Positions 10,959-23,092 of a DNA stretch of 64,000 nt are shown here, piece after piece (position 1 is the stretch's first letter; every line of letters starts with the position of its first letter). A program made the translations under genes and the position numbers. Location of the stretch: contig CP145413.1 in the NCBI GenBank assembly GCA_036867785.1, forward strand, positions 620,001 through 684,000, read 5' to 3'. The notes under the pieces are model-generated. The model saw nothing but the letters and a program-made list of their open reading frames with translations. It had not been told where the DNA came from and did not search any database. Source of the DNA: Plasmodiophora brassicae. Taxonomy: Eukaryota.

Positions 10959-13661
10959 TCATATGAGAAGCTTGGCGAGATTCTCGATGGCTGATATCTG
11001 TCTCCGAAACGGGGCATCGTCAGCGGGCGGCAAACGCGCAATCATGGTAAGAAGCGATTGTCGGGCAGAACCTGGGATAGATTCTATCTTCCAACCTACA
11101 ACAATATCGACGCGTTCACACGTTATCGCTGTTATCCATCAACGTGTTCGTACCGATCAAGACACTGGCATCTCTGGAAGCGCAATCTTCGCCCGCCTCG
11201 CCGGCATACGTGCACTCGGGTGACTTGATGGGAGTTTGCGCAGCGAGAAACCCTTTGTCGATAGGTTTCCAGTGGGTGACAAACATGCGAGTCGTTTCGT
11301 TCGGGGTATCGTTGAGCTCGAAGTAATCGACCGTGGTCCGAGAGTCGACGTGACAGACAGTATGAGCGCCTTGTACAGACTCATCGAACCAACGTCGCCT
11401 CCGGGCCTCCGTCAGCAACGCCAGAAGGTCAGCAGGGGAAGTGGATAGTATCGTCCTTGCCAAGGTTACACTGCAGTTGCCTGGGTTGTTACTTGATAAG
11501 CGGAAGGCTGAGACTCTAATGGAACTGGACAAGAGGTTCGACATTGGTTTCCATCCTTGTTGCTTCAACAACCCATCGAATTCCTCAACGGCGCGCTCGC
11601 CAAGCTCAATCATAGAAATTTTGGAGAACCTGCCCGGACTGGACGGGCGGGAGAACACGCCAGAACTGGATAGACGACAGCTACTATCGTCTGCGTCCAC
11701 ATGCTCCAAACGCTCACCAGCACTCGGCGAACACTCAGATGACTCGCCACGAGAACTACCTTGTAGGGCGGTGAACATCGACAAGTCAATGGATGAAGCC
11801 TCGGTCAACTGGTCAAGTGCACGCCCAATGGCAGCAATCTGCATGGGTTGTTGCTTGAGAGCCATAGCCTTGACGGAATGCGGCAGGTTCCCGCGTAGAT
11901 CCATGTCGGCGATAAAGGTCACACGACAAGAGCGCTCTGTTATCCGTTGCACGATGAACCCTGCGTGGGCAACACTGCCACGAACGCATTTCGGATCGGG
12001 AGGGCAGTCAGGCGTGATTGCATCGGTGGCGTAGAGCACGAAGCCGTCATCGTCGGCTAGATGCGACCAGTATCCCGTGAGGACAAAGTCACGTGCGGTC
12101 ACCGGCCACACGGTCTTATACTTTCTGTTCACAAACTGAATGGACAGAAACAAATGGGGTGGACGCGTCTGCTTACTGGTGGATGATTGCGAGGTGAAGG
12201 TGGTCCCATTTGGCAATCGTCCTGCCACTTTCGAACATGTCGTCGTATAAGCCCTTATGTTCGCCGTCGCATACCAAATGCATAACCAGTTCAGCAGGAT
12301 GATTGACGATGCCGACCCCCTTTACGATAGGGAGCGCACTTGAATGAGGTTTCGCCTTCTGGTAGACAGTCACCCCATCCTCTTCGGACAACAGATCCCA
12401 TCCCGTTGTGTCTCTGGCCAGCTTGAGGAAAGTTTCTAGACGTCGCTCCATCGATTCTTTCGCGGTCTCTTCAATCGATGCCGGCGTTCGGGGAGGGGAT
12501 AGTCTCATCGAAACACTAGATGGCCTTCTTCGCAAGCACACTCCATTAGCGAGCATCGCCTCGATTGCTGTCGTACCACTGCTGAAGGACGACGTCGCTT
12601 CCGCACATAAATGGCAGATTCTTGTCAGGTAAAACGTGTGCGCAGCACCGTCGTGCGTGACGGTGTGCCCGTCGAAAACGATGACCGACTGATATGCGCG
12701 TCCGTCATCGTCCCGGCTTCTTTCCGCGATAACGAAACGCCCCGTCTGCAACACGACGCTTCAGTCCAACCACGGTAAGCATTGTCCCGCATTAGGAACT
12801 TACTGGCAACCGAAGCGAGTGCTGTTCAATAACCATGGAACGCAGGCCGCTTCTGCGTTCAACCGTAATGCAGTTGAGGTCACTGCCAGCGTCGACATTG
12901 GTGACACAAGGGTCCCATTGCTTTCGCCGTTCGGGATCGAGCAGGATCTTTACAGCGATCTCGGGAGACAAACTCCCCGATACGCGAACTCTCGCTCTGC
13001 GATGGAGAGGGGCAGTTTGATGAACAGCCACAGACGATCCGAGCTCAGCGCATATGATGGCAATGGATACGGCAGTTGCGATGAAAGATGACAACGACAC
13101 CGGTGTTGCCGCGAGGACGGTTACCGCAATAACAGCAACAATGGCTAGCTTCGAGGTTGGCAACCCAGAGGTTGCGGGTGCGTCGGCACACCGGGTCCAC
13201 GTTTGCCGCTCAGGCGAATCGCTATCCTCAAGAACCCAGCCACCGTCATCACTGTCGGCCTGCTTGAGTAGTGAATGCACCCATTCCGGCATCCTCTCCC
13301 TGACATACTCGTCAACAGGAATTTGCCGGCAGTCGTGGTGCTTCGCGGCGATGGCGTCCTTTAGCGCGTTGGCCCACACCACCGCTTCATCGTGGGACGT
13401 ACAGCGGAAATAATGCCATCGTCTCAACGATCCCACGTACACTCGAAACTCGCGGTCATCGGATGCGGTCGGGGATCGCACACGGCACTCAGGCGTCAGC
13501 GCGACGACACGCTGTGGCCGCTCATCGTCCTTGTCCTTAAACGCAATCAGCAGACCGCCCTCCAGGACCAACCGGCGTCGGTTCCAGACACGTCGGTAAT
13601 CGCTCAGCTTCTCGACCAGGCTGTCCAGACGACCGCCCGGCCGGGCCGTTTCCGCCACCAT
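10959..13661 (-). CDS. PH-domain plus multiple START-domain lipid-transfer protein, multi-exon
   Basis: N-terminal PH domain (WNRRRLVL..EAVVWANALK), a hydrophobic segment, and START motifs (WDLLSEEDGVTVYQK, WPVTARDFV, VRGSV..AGF, DLRGNLP). Confidence 0.8.
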
Positions 13662-14046
13662 CCGCCACCAAACCCAAAACAAAAATGAACCGTCCAAAGT
13701 GCAAACGGCCACGGCGTCATGCACTCAGCCACTCATGACCCCCGGCCCAGTCCAGTTGCCCCGGGCACCTCGCTGCCTTGCCATCGTTTTTTCCGCCCCG
13801 GTTCCAGTGGAGGCGCGAATATGCAACTCTACCGACGGCACTGTTGGCGAATACGCCTTGATGGCCGGGTCGTACTTCCAATGTGCGACAAGCAACCCCG
13901 CAAATTGGGCAGGACCGTGTCGGAACTCGAAGCTGCCTCCGCGACAGGAGTTCATGCACGCGTGTCGATGGTGCGACATAGCGCCTACCGCGCGCGTCCT
14001 CATGCGGGAATCATTCGAAAGAGCCGTTAAACGCAGTGTGATCAGA

Positions 14047-15649
14047 TGAGCGCCGTAAGGTGAGGCAGGTATTGTATTCCTGTCTGCGCGATTTTGTGGG
14101 TGGGTCGCCTCGGTGCTGATGACGGCGTCTGCGCTGAGAGGGAGTGCCGAGCGCCAGCGCTGCCCGATAAAGATCGACGAGGGCGTCTGCGGGCTGGCAT
14201 CGGCGCGTTTCACGCCGGACGGCCGTCATGCGATTACGTGCTGCCAGTTCAATATACGGCTGACTGTGTGGAACCTGCTCGGTGGAAAGCATCATTACAT
14301 TGTCAGTCAGACGACGATTCTGCTGGCAGGATGAGTTGGTCACCGTCTTTATTATGCAGGATAACCCTAAGCATTCTGAGAAGGGACTTGATTTTGATCC
14401 CGATGGCTCGTTTATGGCCGTGATCCACAGGAAGAACTTCAAGGACGCTGTTAAGCTGTACTCGTGCCGGACGTGGGATGTCGTCAACGTGCGGCCAGCG
14501 CATTGAAATCGACTGTTTGCCCTGGGTTGACGATATACCGCTCTGCCTTATAGACCTGGGAAGTCCCAAGCATGGATCTCGCCGACCTGAAATTCTCGCC
14601 GAATGGGCGTTTCATTTGCGCATGGGACAATCCGCTGCAGTATAACCTGTTCGTGTACTCTGCGCCCAAGGTACGTTATGTTCTACTCCGTCGTAGCATA
14701 CCCAATGAGAAACTGTTGCAGGGCGATTTACTGCTCAAATATTGTGCATATGAAGACGCGCTCGCCATTAAGACCGTCGCATGGTCCCCAAATTCAATGT
14801 TCCTGTGCGTCACCTTGCCCACTTCTCTTCGCCAAACAGCTGCTGATGTCGTTTCCCAGGGCTGTGGGCAGCTATGATCAACGCGTCAGGTTGATCAACT
14901 ATCTGACGTGCGTTTCTATTTCCTTTAACCACCCTAGATATGTAACGGTGGCTCTTCTGCAGGTGGAAACCAATGTGCGAGTATGGCCATCTGGCGTCGT
15001 GTGCGCCGCTGTCAACCTCGTCCTGCACAGTCTACCGAGAGACCATGCATGCCGACGAGGATATCAGCCAGTATGTTGTCAACGAGGTTTGTCAGGGTCT
15101 TCTTTCCACCATCGAACGATGCCAACAAGAATTGCAGGGACCTTTTGTTCCACATGAAGTCGCTCCTGATCCGGAAAAGCCCAATCCAAAGCTGGGAATT
15201 GGACTGATGAGGTGGAGCACTGACAGTGAATATCTGGCCACCCGCAATGGTTAGCAACGCGAGTTCTCATGCGAACGTATCAACTGATCCTCACGTAGAT
15301 AACCAACCGAATTGCGTTTACATCTGGGTGACGAAGACGCTGTCGCTAGTCTGCATTCTGAACCAGCTCTTGCCTGTTCGTTCGTTGGAATGGAACAACA
15401 CGAAGCCGCAGCTCCTGGTCGTGACCGAGAACGCCCGATTGTTCTCTTGGACTGCACTAGGGGCCGCTTGTGTCACGATTCCAACAGGTCGCGGTCGTGA
15501 TTGCGCCATGACCCGCGCCACTGACTGAGCCTTGAACAGAAGGGTTTCGAGCATCATCCATCGTGATGAACCCTACGCGGGACTCCCTGCTGTTGCTTGA
15601 TCGCGCTCAGGCCGTTGCATGCTTCAACGCCGACGAAAGAGACGAATGA
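14047..15649 (+). CDS. WRAP73: WD-repeat protein WRAP73/WDR8 (5' end uncertain), multi-exon
   Basis: [77 protein letters not shown] and YLATRN match WRAP73 motifs. Confidence 0.85.
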
Positions 15650-15731
15650 CGGGGTGGAGGGCCTGATTATTAAAACTCGGACGTTAATCGCGAACGTTCT
15701 TCGAAACCAGAGACGCCACGTTTATTGCCTG

Positions 15732-16107
15732 TTACTTCTCGCGGTCCAAGGCCTCCTTGCGAGCCTTTCGCCGTAAATAACTAACGACTGCTGGTCAGAA
15801 TCCCATGAATCGCAGCGAGGGAATGTGGATCATACTCCTCATACTGGCACTTCTCATAGGCGTGGCGTAACTGCGTGCACTTCCATGGGACGAACCGGTT
15901 ATCCTGGCGGCACATGTTCAAGGGCAGCAGCAGATGCGTGCAGCTGTCCCTCAGCTCGAAAGGCACGTACGCGGCGTCCAGCTCGTCCTGGGTCGGAGGC
16001 GCTACCGAAGCCGTGAGGCCGCCAGACCATACACTGCGGCTCGCGCTGTGGCACTTACGAACTTTGGAATACTCGTCGATCCACGAATGGTCCCCTGCTC
16101 CTCCCAT
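15732..16107 (-). CDS. NDUFB7: NADH dehydrogenase subunit B18 (complex I), multi-exon
   Basis: TQDELDAAYVPFELRDSCTHLLLPLNMCR...WKCTQLRHAYEKCQYEE, a twin CX9C motif. MG start. Confidence 0.9.
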
Positions 16108-16266
16108 CTCACGACAACGGCCAACGATCGACTGATTATTGAGAGGACGGAACGGGAACCCCCCAAAAAAACCAGCGAGGTCATTCGGAAACACTTTTGT
16201 TGCGATGCTGTCCACTGGTCTGGTCGCTTCACTTCAGCACGAACCATTTCCGATTCCCTCCCTGCT

Positions 16267-16884
16267 TTACTTCAATGTGGAGAGCAGTACGACGTCCAGC
16301 GGGGCCTTGAAGATGAAACGGAACGCGCTTGCGGAGAAGAACGAACCACGCTTGGACAGCAAATAATGGAACGTGTGCCCAGCGATCTTGATCGGGACAA
16401 GGTCGACGGTCTTGGAAGCCAGTTGTGTAGGTTTTGCTGTTAGGTCGTCCACTTTGACGACGAGATCGCGGAAACGGCCCGTTACCGTGTAGGTCGTCAG
16501 CTTCACGCGGCTATCGTCGATCAGCGTTATTCGAGCAAGCTCGTGCCGGGCGACAACATGGTTGATGACGAACAGGCAGAGGCCGCCAAGCGACCCACCT
16601 ACCGATAACGATTGAATCAGCGCGTCCGCAGGGAACCAAAAGCTTGCCATCAGATTCGCAGTGAACGCCAGGTTCGTCGACAGACACAGGTAGTAGCGCT
16701 TCCGGGCTTTGTCGTTGATGTCCTCGTAGACCATGCCGGGCTGAGGAGCATGAGGCATGGCAGCTGTTCGGACAGCGGCCTTCGTGGCGAACCCCCTGGT
16801 AGTGGTGCGTGCCAACATGACGGTCGCGCCGTCAACTCCGCCGAGTCGCTGACGCATACTTAACAGAGGCCGGAACACGGTCAT
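16267..16884 (-). CDS. Putative mitochondrial two-TM protein (TMEM70/186/223-like), paralogue A
   Basis: Arg/Thr-rich presequence-like N-terminus and two hydrophobic segments. Clearly similar to 19536-20057. The family assignment is tentative. Confidence 0.55.
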   Translation of the reverse strand: MTVFRPLLSMRQRLGGVDGATVMLARTTTRGFATKAAVRTAAMPHAPQPGMVYEDINDKARKRYYLCLSTNLAFTANLMASFWFPADALIQSLSVGGSLGGLCLFVINHVVARHELARITLIDDSRVKLTTYTVTGRFRDLVVKVDDLTAKPTQLASKTVDLVPIKIAGHTFHYLLSKRGSFFSASAFRFIFKAPLDVVLLSTLK

Positions 16885-16908
16885 GTAATAGTTTATCTTC
16901 TGCAGCAG

Positions 16909-18075
16909 TTAAAGGTTGCGCGAACGTTTGTTGTTTCGCTCAAGGTTTCGCACCGCCATTTTGGCGACGTACGCCAACTTGACGAGCACGTACCCAGCGA
17001 ACAACGCAGAGAGGATTTGGAAAACGATTGGGAAAATGACAACATCGTCGCCATGCCAACTATGGTAGGTCATTAGGTAAGTTCGCTACTGAGTTGCTCA
17101 TACGTTCTGCACACATCGTACCTGTTTCCATCGAAGTGAGCGAACATCGTATGCTGCGAATAAATACGCTCGGGAATTTTGGCGAACGTGGCATCCCCGA
17201 TCATATCTGACTCTGCCCTTGGTAATGATCGGACATACCTCCCAATATAATACGAGAAGAACGCTGGCCCGGTACTAACGAACACCTGCGATGCGACGAA
17301 TAAGCGTCAGCAAACATGAACGCCTTTTCAATCGTACCGTCGGGTATTTCGTAAAAAGCCAAATGTTCCACAGCGGTAAGGAGTCGATCAACATTTGGGC
17401 AAGAGGATGGCCGGGGATGCTGGCCATCACATCGTTGGAGAAGCCAAGAGGGCTAGTTACGGGCGCCAGGAATCCAGCAGAAGTCCCATTGAGCAGTCGT
17501 GATAGTGGCATGCGGCAGCCGACATCGAGGTCCATGTAGACACCACCGTAATGGTGCAGGAGAAAGTATCGGATTGCGTCGGCCCGCTGAATGTCGTACT
17601 GGTACGACAGGTACGTTGCGGCAAATTCAGGGTAAAACCTCTGTAGGAACTTGAGCGCCTCCTCGTCACTCCACAGGCGAATCTCGAAATCGGGGTTCAT
17701 TCGACGGACCATGTCAGCGGGCTCTTTCCACCGGTCCGGAATGGTGTCGGTCTTCCAGACCTGATGGATGATCTTCGGAATCCGACTGGTCCCACGCCCG
17801 GTGTCGGACAGCTCCGCAAATGGCGCATCCAACGGCGCCCAGGCAACGTACACGTAGTATGCGACGCAAACGATGGCGAATAAACAGGCGACCAGGACGA
17901 GAGGTAAAACGACCGATTTGACAAACGTCCCAGGGAGTTTCGAATTTCGACGGCAGGTCGCGCGCCTCCAGGCATCGGCAATCGGTACAGGCCGCCACTC
18001 CATGCACGCCCTGATTAGGACGGCAATCCTCTTGACAGGCCGAGTGTACATTGTCGAAGGTACCCTCTTCGGCAT
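16909..18075 (-). CDS. GT32 glycosyltransferase, SUR1/CSG1-like inositolphosphoceramide mannosyltransferase, paralogue A
   Basis: IPKIIHQVWK, IQRADAIRYFLLHHYGGVYMDLD (DXD), SNDVM..PGHP, VMFSTGP and SWHGDD plus a C-terminal TM. Confidence 0.9.
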
Positions 18076-18575
18076 GGCTGGTCCTCCATGGCTCTGAATG
18101 GACGGTGACAACATTGCGCTTTTGTGGGGTCACCCACGGAACTGTTGTAACGGACGCCTACCCGCGACGCACGCCTGGCACTGGACAGGGTGCGAGCGAA
18201 TTAGCGTCTCCAAAGAGATTACGATGGCCTCCAAGATCGTCTAACAGAGGCGAGTGCGCAATGGACACTCCTCGCCTGACCTCAACGCGTGCCCTTACGC
18301 GACTCGTACAGGACTCATACGCAGTGACTCACGTTCTGCTTTACTTACGCCGATATCCGAGGCGATGGACAGCGTGTGCCCCGTAAGCCGTATAACGAGC
18401 GTTGATGTTAACGCTGGCATACTGGCCGTCAGTGTCGGGGACGTTTGGAAATTCGCTCGACAGGTTCCGAACCCGCCAATGTCACATGGCCTGTCCGGCC
18501 TCATACGATTAAGTCAGTGTTTCGCCAAAAGAACGACGACTGGATTCTGTAATGATATGAATCGTTAGAAACGCC

Positions 18576-19440
18576 TTAGAGATTCCACGTGCCGGATGCG
18601 TTCGGCAGAGCAAGGGTCGCCAAAGTGGCAAGGGTGCCGATGGCAACGGCCTGGACCTTCATTCGTGAAGCAAGCATGGCGCGCTTGAGGAGCAGAGCGG
18701 CGTCATCCAGGATGACGACCTGCCCTGAGCGCGTCACGTTGCCTTTCTTCCTCGCCAAGAACACGCAGAACCCGCGCCGTTGCTGGTCGAAGAACAACGC
18801 CGCGTAGCAATTCACGGGCAGCGTGATCAGGCGCCAGAATATCGGTGCTGATAGACCGACCATGATCCCCAATGCCACGGCTGACAGCAGAGTTAAGCCT
18901 AGGGCCAGCTTGAGGAAGGAATGGCACGCATGCGCGTTTAGATTCGTCGACACTGCTTTCCTAACGAACCGGCCGAAGGTGTCCGTCTTCATGAGGTGGT
19001 ATATCTCATACTGCCATTTGTCTGTCAGTTGAACACCACATCAATTGAAGGGCAACTGTCACAACCTGAGCAGGTCGGAATACGTCGACGGTCAGTTCGT
19101 CTTTCCCGTTGAACTTGGACAGGATTGCAGACTTGCTGTGGCTGGAAAGGTTGACCTCGCGTTCGGCGCCGTCAGCAACGAACGATTTGCAGATGGCCGT
19201 TGCGAGCTGTCTCTTCGCCTCGTCTTCCCGGATCTTCTTCAGTTTCTCCACGTCCATGTAAAAATCAAGGTTCTCTGCGGATATCTCGACTGCCGACAAG
19301 TAATATCGGAACTCATCTAGCGACAGCGGGTACTCCGTCTCGTTATTGAGCAAACGGTCGAAGTCCACGTCGAGGTCGCGCGTTTTCGCCTGCGTCGTCC
19401 CCGCTTCCATCGGAACGACCACGCTCGTCGACGCTGTCAT
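18576..19440 (-). CDS. RGS-domain protein with C-terminal transmembrane helices (Rax1-like architecture), 2 exons
   Basis: PLSLDEFRYYL..EISAENLDFY..GAEREVNLS..FRPAQ|..LMKTDTFGRFV followed by about 3 hydrophobic segments. Confidence 0.8.
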
Positions 19441-19535
19441 GGCGGCGGTTCTACTATAGCTATTAGGCGTCCACGTACCGAGTGATCGCACCATACAGTC
19501 ACGCCAGTGATACGATGTGGCGGTTCATGTATATA

Positions 19536-20057
19536 TCACGGTTGTTTGGACAGTTCCAACGCGCGATACGGCACCTTGAAGATGCGCTCGAAGACATCTG
19601 GGGACTGGAACGTCCCGTGTTTGGCAAGCAGGAAGCGAACCGGCTGATCGACAACGTTGATCGGGACGGTACGGGACGTCTTGTCCGCGAGGCGTTGAAC
19701 ATCGACCTTGACGGTATCGACAGGGAACGTCCTGTTCACCAACGCCCCCGTCACCTTGTACGTTGTGAACTGGACACGGTTCTCATCGAGAAGAACGATC
19801 CGGGCGACCTCGCGGCGAGCGGTAACGGACGTGACAACAATGAGGGCGATGCCGGCCAGTGACCCGAATATCGTCACCGGCTGCATCACAGCCAGCGATG
19901 GCACCGTCCAGCTGGCAACGAGGCCCGCCGTCATGGCAACGTTCGTCAACGCACATATGACAGTCCGTTGGCGAGTACGCCCGACGTGGACGTTCTCGAA
20001 GACGGCCTTGGGGAACGTTGCGAACCGACGCCGGCCTAAATCAAGCGCCGCCTTCAT
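19536..20057 (-). CDS. Putative mitochondrial two-TM protein, paralogue B
   Basis: ARREVARIVLLDENRVQFTTYKVTG aligns with ARHELARITLIDDSRVKLTTYTVTG in paralogue A. Confidence 0.55.
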   Translation of the reverse strand: MKAALDLGRRRFATFPKAVFENVHVGRTRQRTVICALTNVAMTAGLVASWTVPSLAVMQPVTIFGSLAGIALIVVTSVTARREVARIVLLDENRVQFTTYKVTGALVNRTFPVDTVKVDVQRLADKTSRTVPINVVDQPVRFLLAKHGTFQSPDVFERIFKVPYRALELSKQP

Positions 20058-20079
20058 CGTCATACGACGGACTGGCCCT

Positions 20080-21206
20080 TTATGTGACTTTTTCAGAACG
20101 GTCGCGACCAAACGGAATCCACGATGATCGGCCGAAGCGCTGGGCGCACCTGCGGAAAGCGAGAGAAGCAGGAACGAACGCTTGTTTAGAGGAGCTCCTC
20201 CATGCCACCGACAAGACTGCAATCGCGAACGTGCATATTAGGAGGGCGGGTAAATACTTGACATCGGCGCCGTGCCAGCTGGGCAGGCGACGTTGCACCC
20301 GGGTCAGTCTCATAGGTCGTACGAGTGCGAAACGGCTCCTATTTGGTACCTGCTCCCAGGGAAATGGGCGAATACAGCTCCGGTAGTCGAGTAGAGTCCC
20401 TCCGGGATTCTTGCAAATGTCGCCTCGCTGCCTGGCGCAGCGTTGCTGGATGTGTTCATCGAACGGGCATACTTTCCAATGTAGAGTGAGAAGAAAGCTG
20501 GACCGGTGCTCAGGAATACCTAATATTGGCAGTATCACTCAATGATGATATCGCAACTGGAAATTCCTACCGTGAAGTACTTCGTTAAGAACCAGTGGTC
20601 CCAAACGGGGAGTGAATCGATTAGGAGGCGCGATAGAGGGTGTCCCGGGACACTGGCAAACACATCGTTCGAGAATCCAGCAGGCCACGTTTCTGGCGCC
20701 AGGAACCCCGCCGACGTACTGTTCAGAATCCAATCAACCGGCTTATTGCAGCCAATGTCCATGTCTATGTATATGCCGCCGTAGTGGTAGATCAGGAAGT
20801 ACCGAATAGAATCGGCCCGTTGAATATCATAGGGGTACGATAGAAACGTCGGGACGAAGTCCGGGTAGTATGTCTCCAGGAATGCGAGGGCTTTGGCGTC
20901 TGTCCACAGCCAAACGTCGTAACCCGGGTTCATCTTTCGTACCGATTCACTCGGTTTTTGCCATACAACTGGAATGTCATCCGTCTTCCAAACCTGATGG
21001 ATTATTTTCGGGATGGGGCTCCGATAAGACATCTCAGCGCCCATTGCAACTGTTGGAACAGCAACTGGCCCGTACGCTGTGTGTACATAGCGCAAGACTG
21101 GCACAAGACAGATCGTAACGATGATGGAAAACGCGATCCAGAGAATACCGCGTGCTGAACGAACTCGGCGGATCCACAATCGACACGGTCCCGTAGTCGA
21201 GAGCAT
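20080..21206 (-). CDS. GT32 glycosyltransferase, SUR1/CSG1-like, paralogue B
   Basis: IPKIIHQVWK, IQRADSIRYFLIYHYGGIYIDMD and SWHGAD plus TM. Same exon layout as paralogue A. Confidence 0.9.
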
Positions 21207-21507
21207 AAACGGAAACCGTCCTGGCAACTGTGGCCGGTTCCATGCTATCTGGCAGGATCGACGTGCGCTTGCATGCTTCGAGACCATTCTGGAATAAACG
21301 TCAAAGACGACAGTTCATTTGCTATTTTCGGTGTCGGACCCCCCTTTTCTGCGCACATTTGCAAGTTGCGACTGGCCGCATGGGAAATTGGCAGCAGCAT
21401 GACAGTTGCAAGCGGAGCGGACGGCTGCAGCGTCACCGGCCTGCGAATCCAATCCGGGCAAATGCTGCGGCGGTCGTCCATTCTGATTGGCGCGCATCGA
21501 CCGCGCC

Positions 21508-22866
21508 ATGAAGCCGGTCCTTCCGATTGTCATCGTCGTTGCCGTTGTCGTCGCCACCGCGCATGCCGGGCATGGGGACCCCCGTCCCTTGCGACGCTTC
21601 TCCGACCCTGGTGTAACGTTCCCAGTCACGTCGCGCCAGCGGCCGTCTGCCCAAGCGGGTGGCGGCCCAGTTGTGGTCACGAAAGAAGGCAATTCAGGCC
21701 CATCCAGGAGCCATCTTTGTCGGTACTTCTCGAAGGCGGGCAGATGCCCGAACGACAAATGCTCGTTTGCTCATCAACAACCGGAAGACAAACCGCTACC
21801 ATACAAGACACGATCCTGTTGGTTCTTCTCAGGTCCCGGCACGTGCCCTAATGGCGACAAGTGTACGTTTATCCATGACGTATCCACCGCGGACCGGCCT
21901 GCCGCATCGGCGACTGCCAAACCGCGATCGGGCATTCCTTCAATCGACCTGTCGAATGTGCACCTTCCCGGATCCGGTCGTTGCTCTTGTCCCAAAGGCG
22001 AACCGTGCCGGACCATCCAGGGTGCCGTCAAATCTGCTCCTTTGCAGGCGACCCCCAACAACGAGTTTCGGAACCCGACGCCGCCGGGCTTCGTCCCGTG
22101 TCCGGTACCGAACGCGTACATGCACCATCCGATACCTGTCACTGGCAACCCGATGCCGCCGCCAAGCAACCTGAACGGCACACCATTCCCAAGTGGAATG
22201 CAGGGCGCTGGACACTGCTGGGTCCCACAAGGAATGACGTTCAGTTTCGCCGGCCAGGTGATTTGCCCTTACCGAGGCCATCCGATTGGCTGGGTTCCTG
22301 TCGCCCAAGTGCAGGGTGTCCACGTTTCTCAACCGAATCCCGGTGCTGTTGAGTGGGACCGCCTTGCTGCGGAGTATGCTCCTTATCAAACGTCTGCGAC
22401 GCAGCCGCAAGCTCAAATCTCGGCCCTGGCCCAGAATGGTGGTCCTCTGGTTGACATGCCGCTGGTGCGAGGCCTGCGCCAGCCACGTTCACTGCCTAAC
22501 ATGCACCAGCCTGGTCTCACGTTTCCCCAGTCTGCTGACGTACAACAGACGCAAGGCCTGCATCATCAACATTCAATGCCCGACATGAACCAGTTCGGGC
22601 AGAGGACGATACCTGCCCAGCAGGCGCCGCCCAGCTGGAACCCGCCGTTATTCCCAGGCATGGGTCATCCTAACCGCAACCCCACCGGTGCTGCCACCCT
22701 ACACCAACAAGCAGACGCACCTGAGGACGTCTACAAGTCGCCCCCAGGCCTGCCCCACCCTGCTCCCCAACCGAACGTCGATACCGCCAGACCGCAGACG
22801 TTGCCGCGTATCTCCCGCCCTCTTCCCAAACCCATCGGCGATGGTTCCTGGCCCAGGTTTGACTAG
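21508..22866 (+). CDS. Signal-peptide protein with two CCCH zinc fingers and a Pro/Gln-rich tail (candidate effector)
   Basis: Signal-like N-terminus MKPVLPIVIVVAVVVATAHA. Fingers CRYFSKAGRCPNDKCSFAH and YKTRSCWFFSGPGTCPNGDKCTFIH. Single exon. Confidence 0.8.
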   Translation: MKPVLPIVIVVAVVVATAHAGHGDPRPLRRFSDPGVTFPVTSRQRPSAQAGGGPVVVTKEGNSGPSRSHLCRYFSKAGRCPNDKCSFAHQQPEDKPLPYKTRSCWFFSGPGTCPNGDKCTFIHDVSTADRPAASATAKPRSGIPSIDLSNVHLPGSGRCSCPKGEPCRTIQGAVKSAPLQATPNNEFRNPTPPGFVPCPVPNAYMHHPIPVTGNPMPPPSNLNGTPFPSGMQGAGHCWVPQGMTFSFAGQVICPYRGHPIGWVPVAQVQGVHVSQPNPGAVEWDRLAAEYAPYQTSATQPQAQISALAQNGGPLVDMPLVRGLRQPRSLPNMHQPGLTFPQSADVQQTQGLHHQHSMPDMNQFGQRTIPAQQAPPSWNPPLFPGMGHPNRNPTGAATLHQQADAPEDVYKSPPGLPHPAPQPNVDTARPQTLPRISRPLPKPIGDGSWPRFD

Positions 22867-23092
22867 TGGGGCGACGATCCGTCAATACAACATGATGAGC
22901 TTCGTGAAATGGGACAGTTGTGGCGTTTACGATCCGCAATTCGTTGTGCAGCTCGGTACGTTGCCATACAGTAGCGGGTGGCGCGCCGATTGGCCATGTG
23001 TAGTACGATTGCGTTCGCGAGCTGCAGGAGCGACGGTGACACTTTTTGGAGGCGGCGGCGGGTCAGTTTGTTATGCGGCGCGCGGTGTCGCG

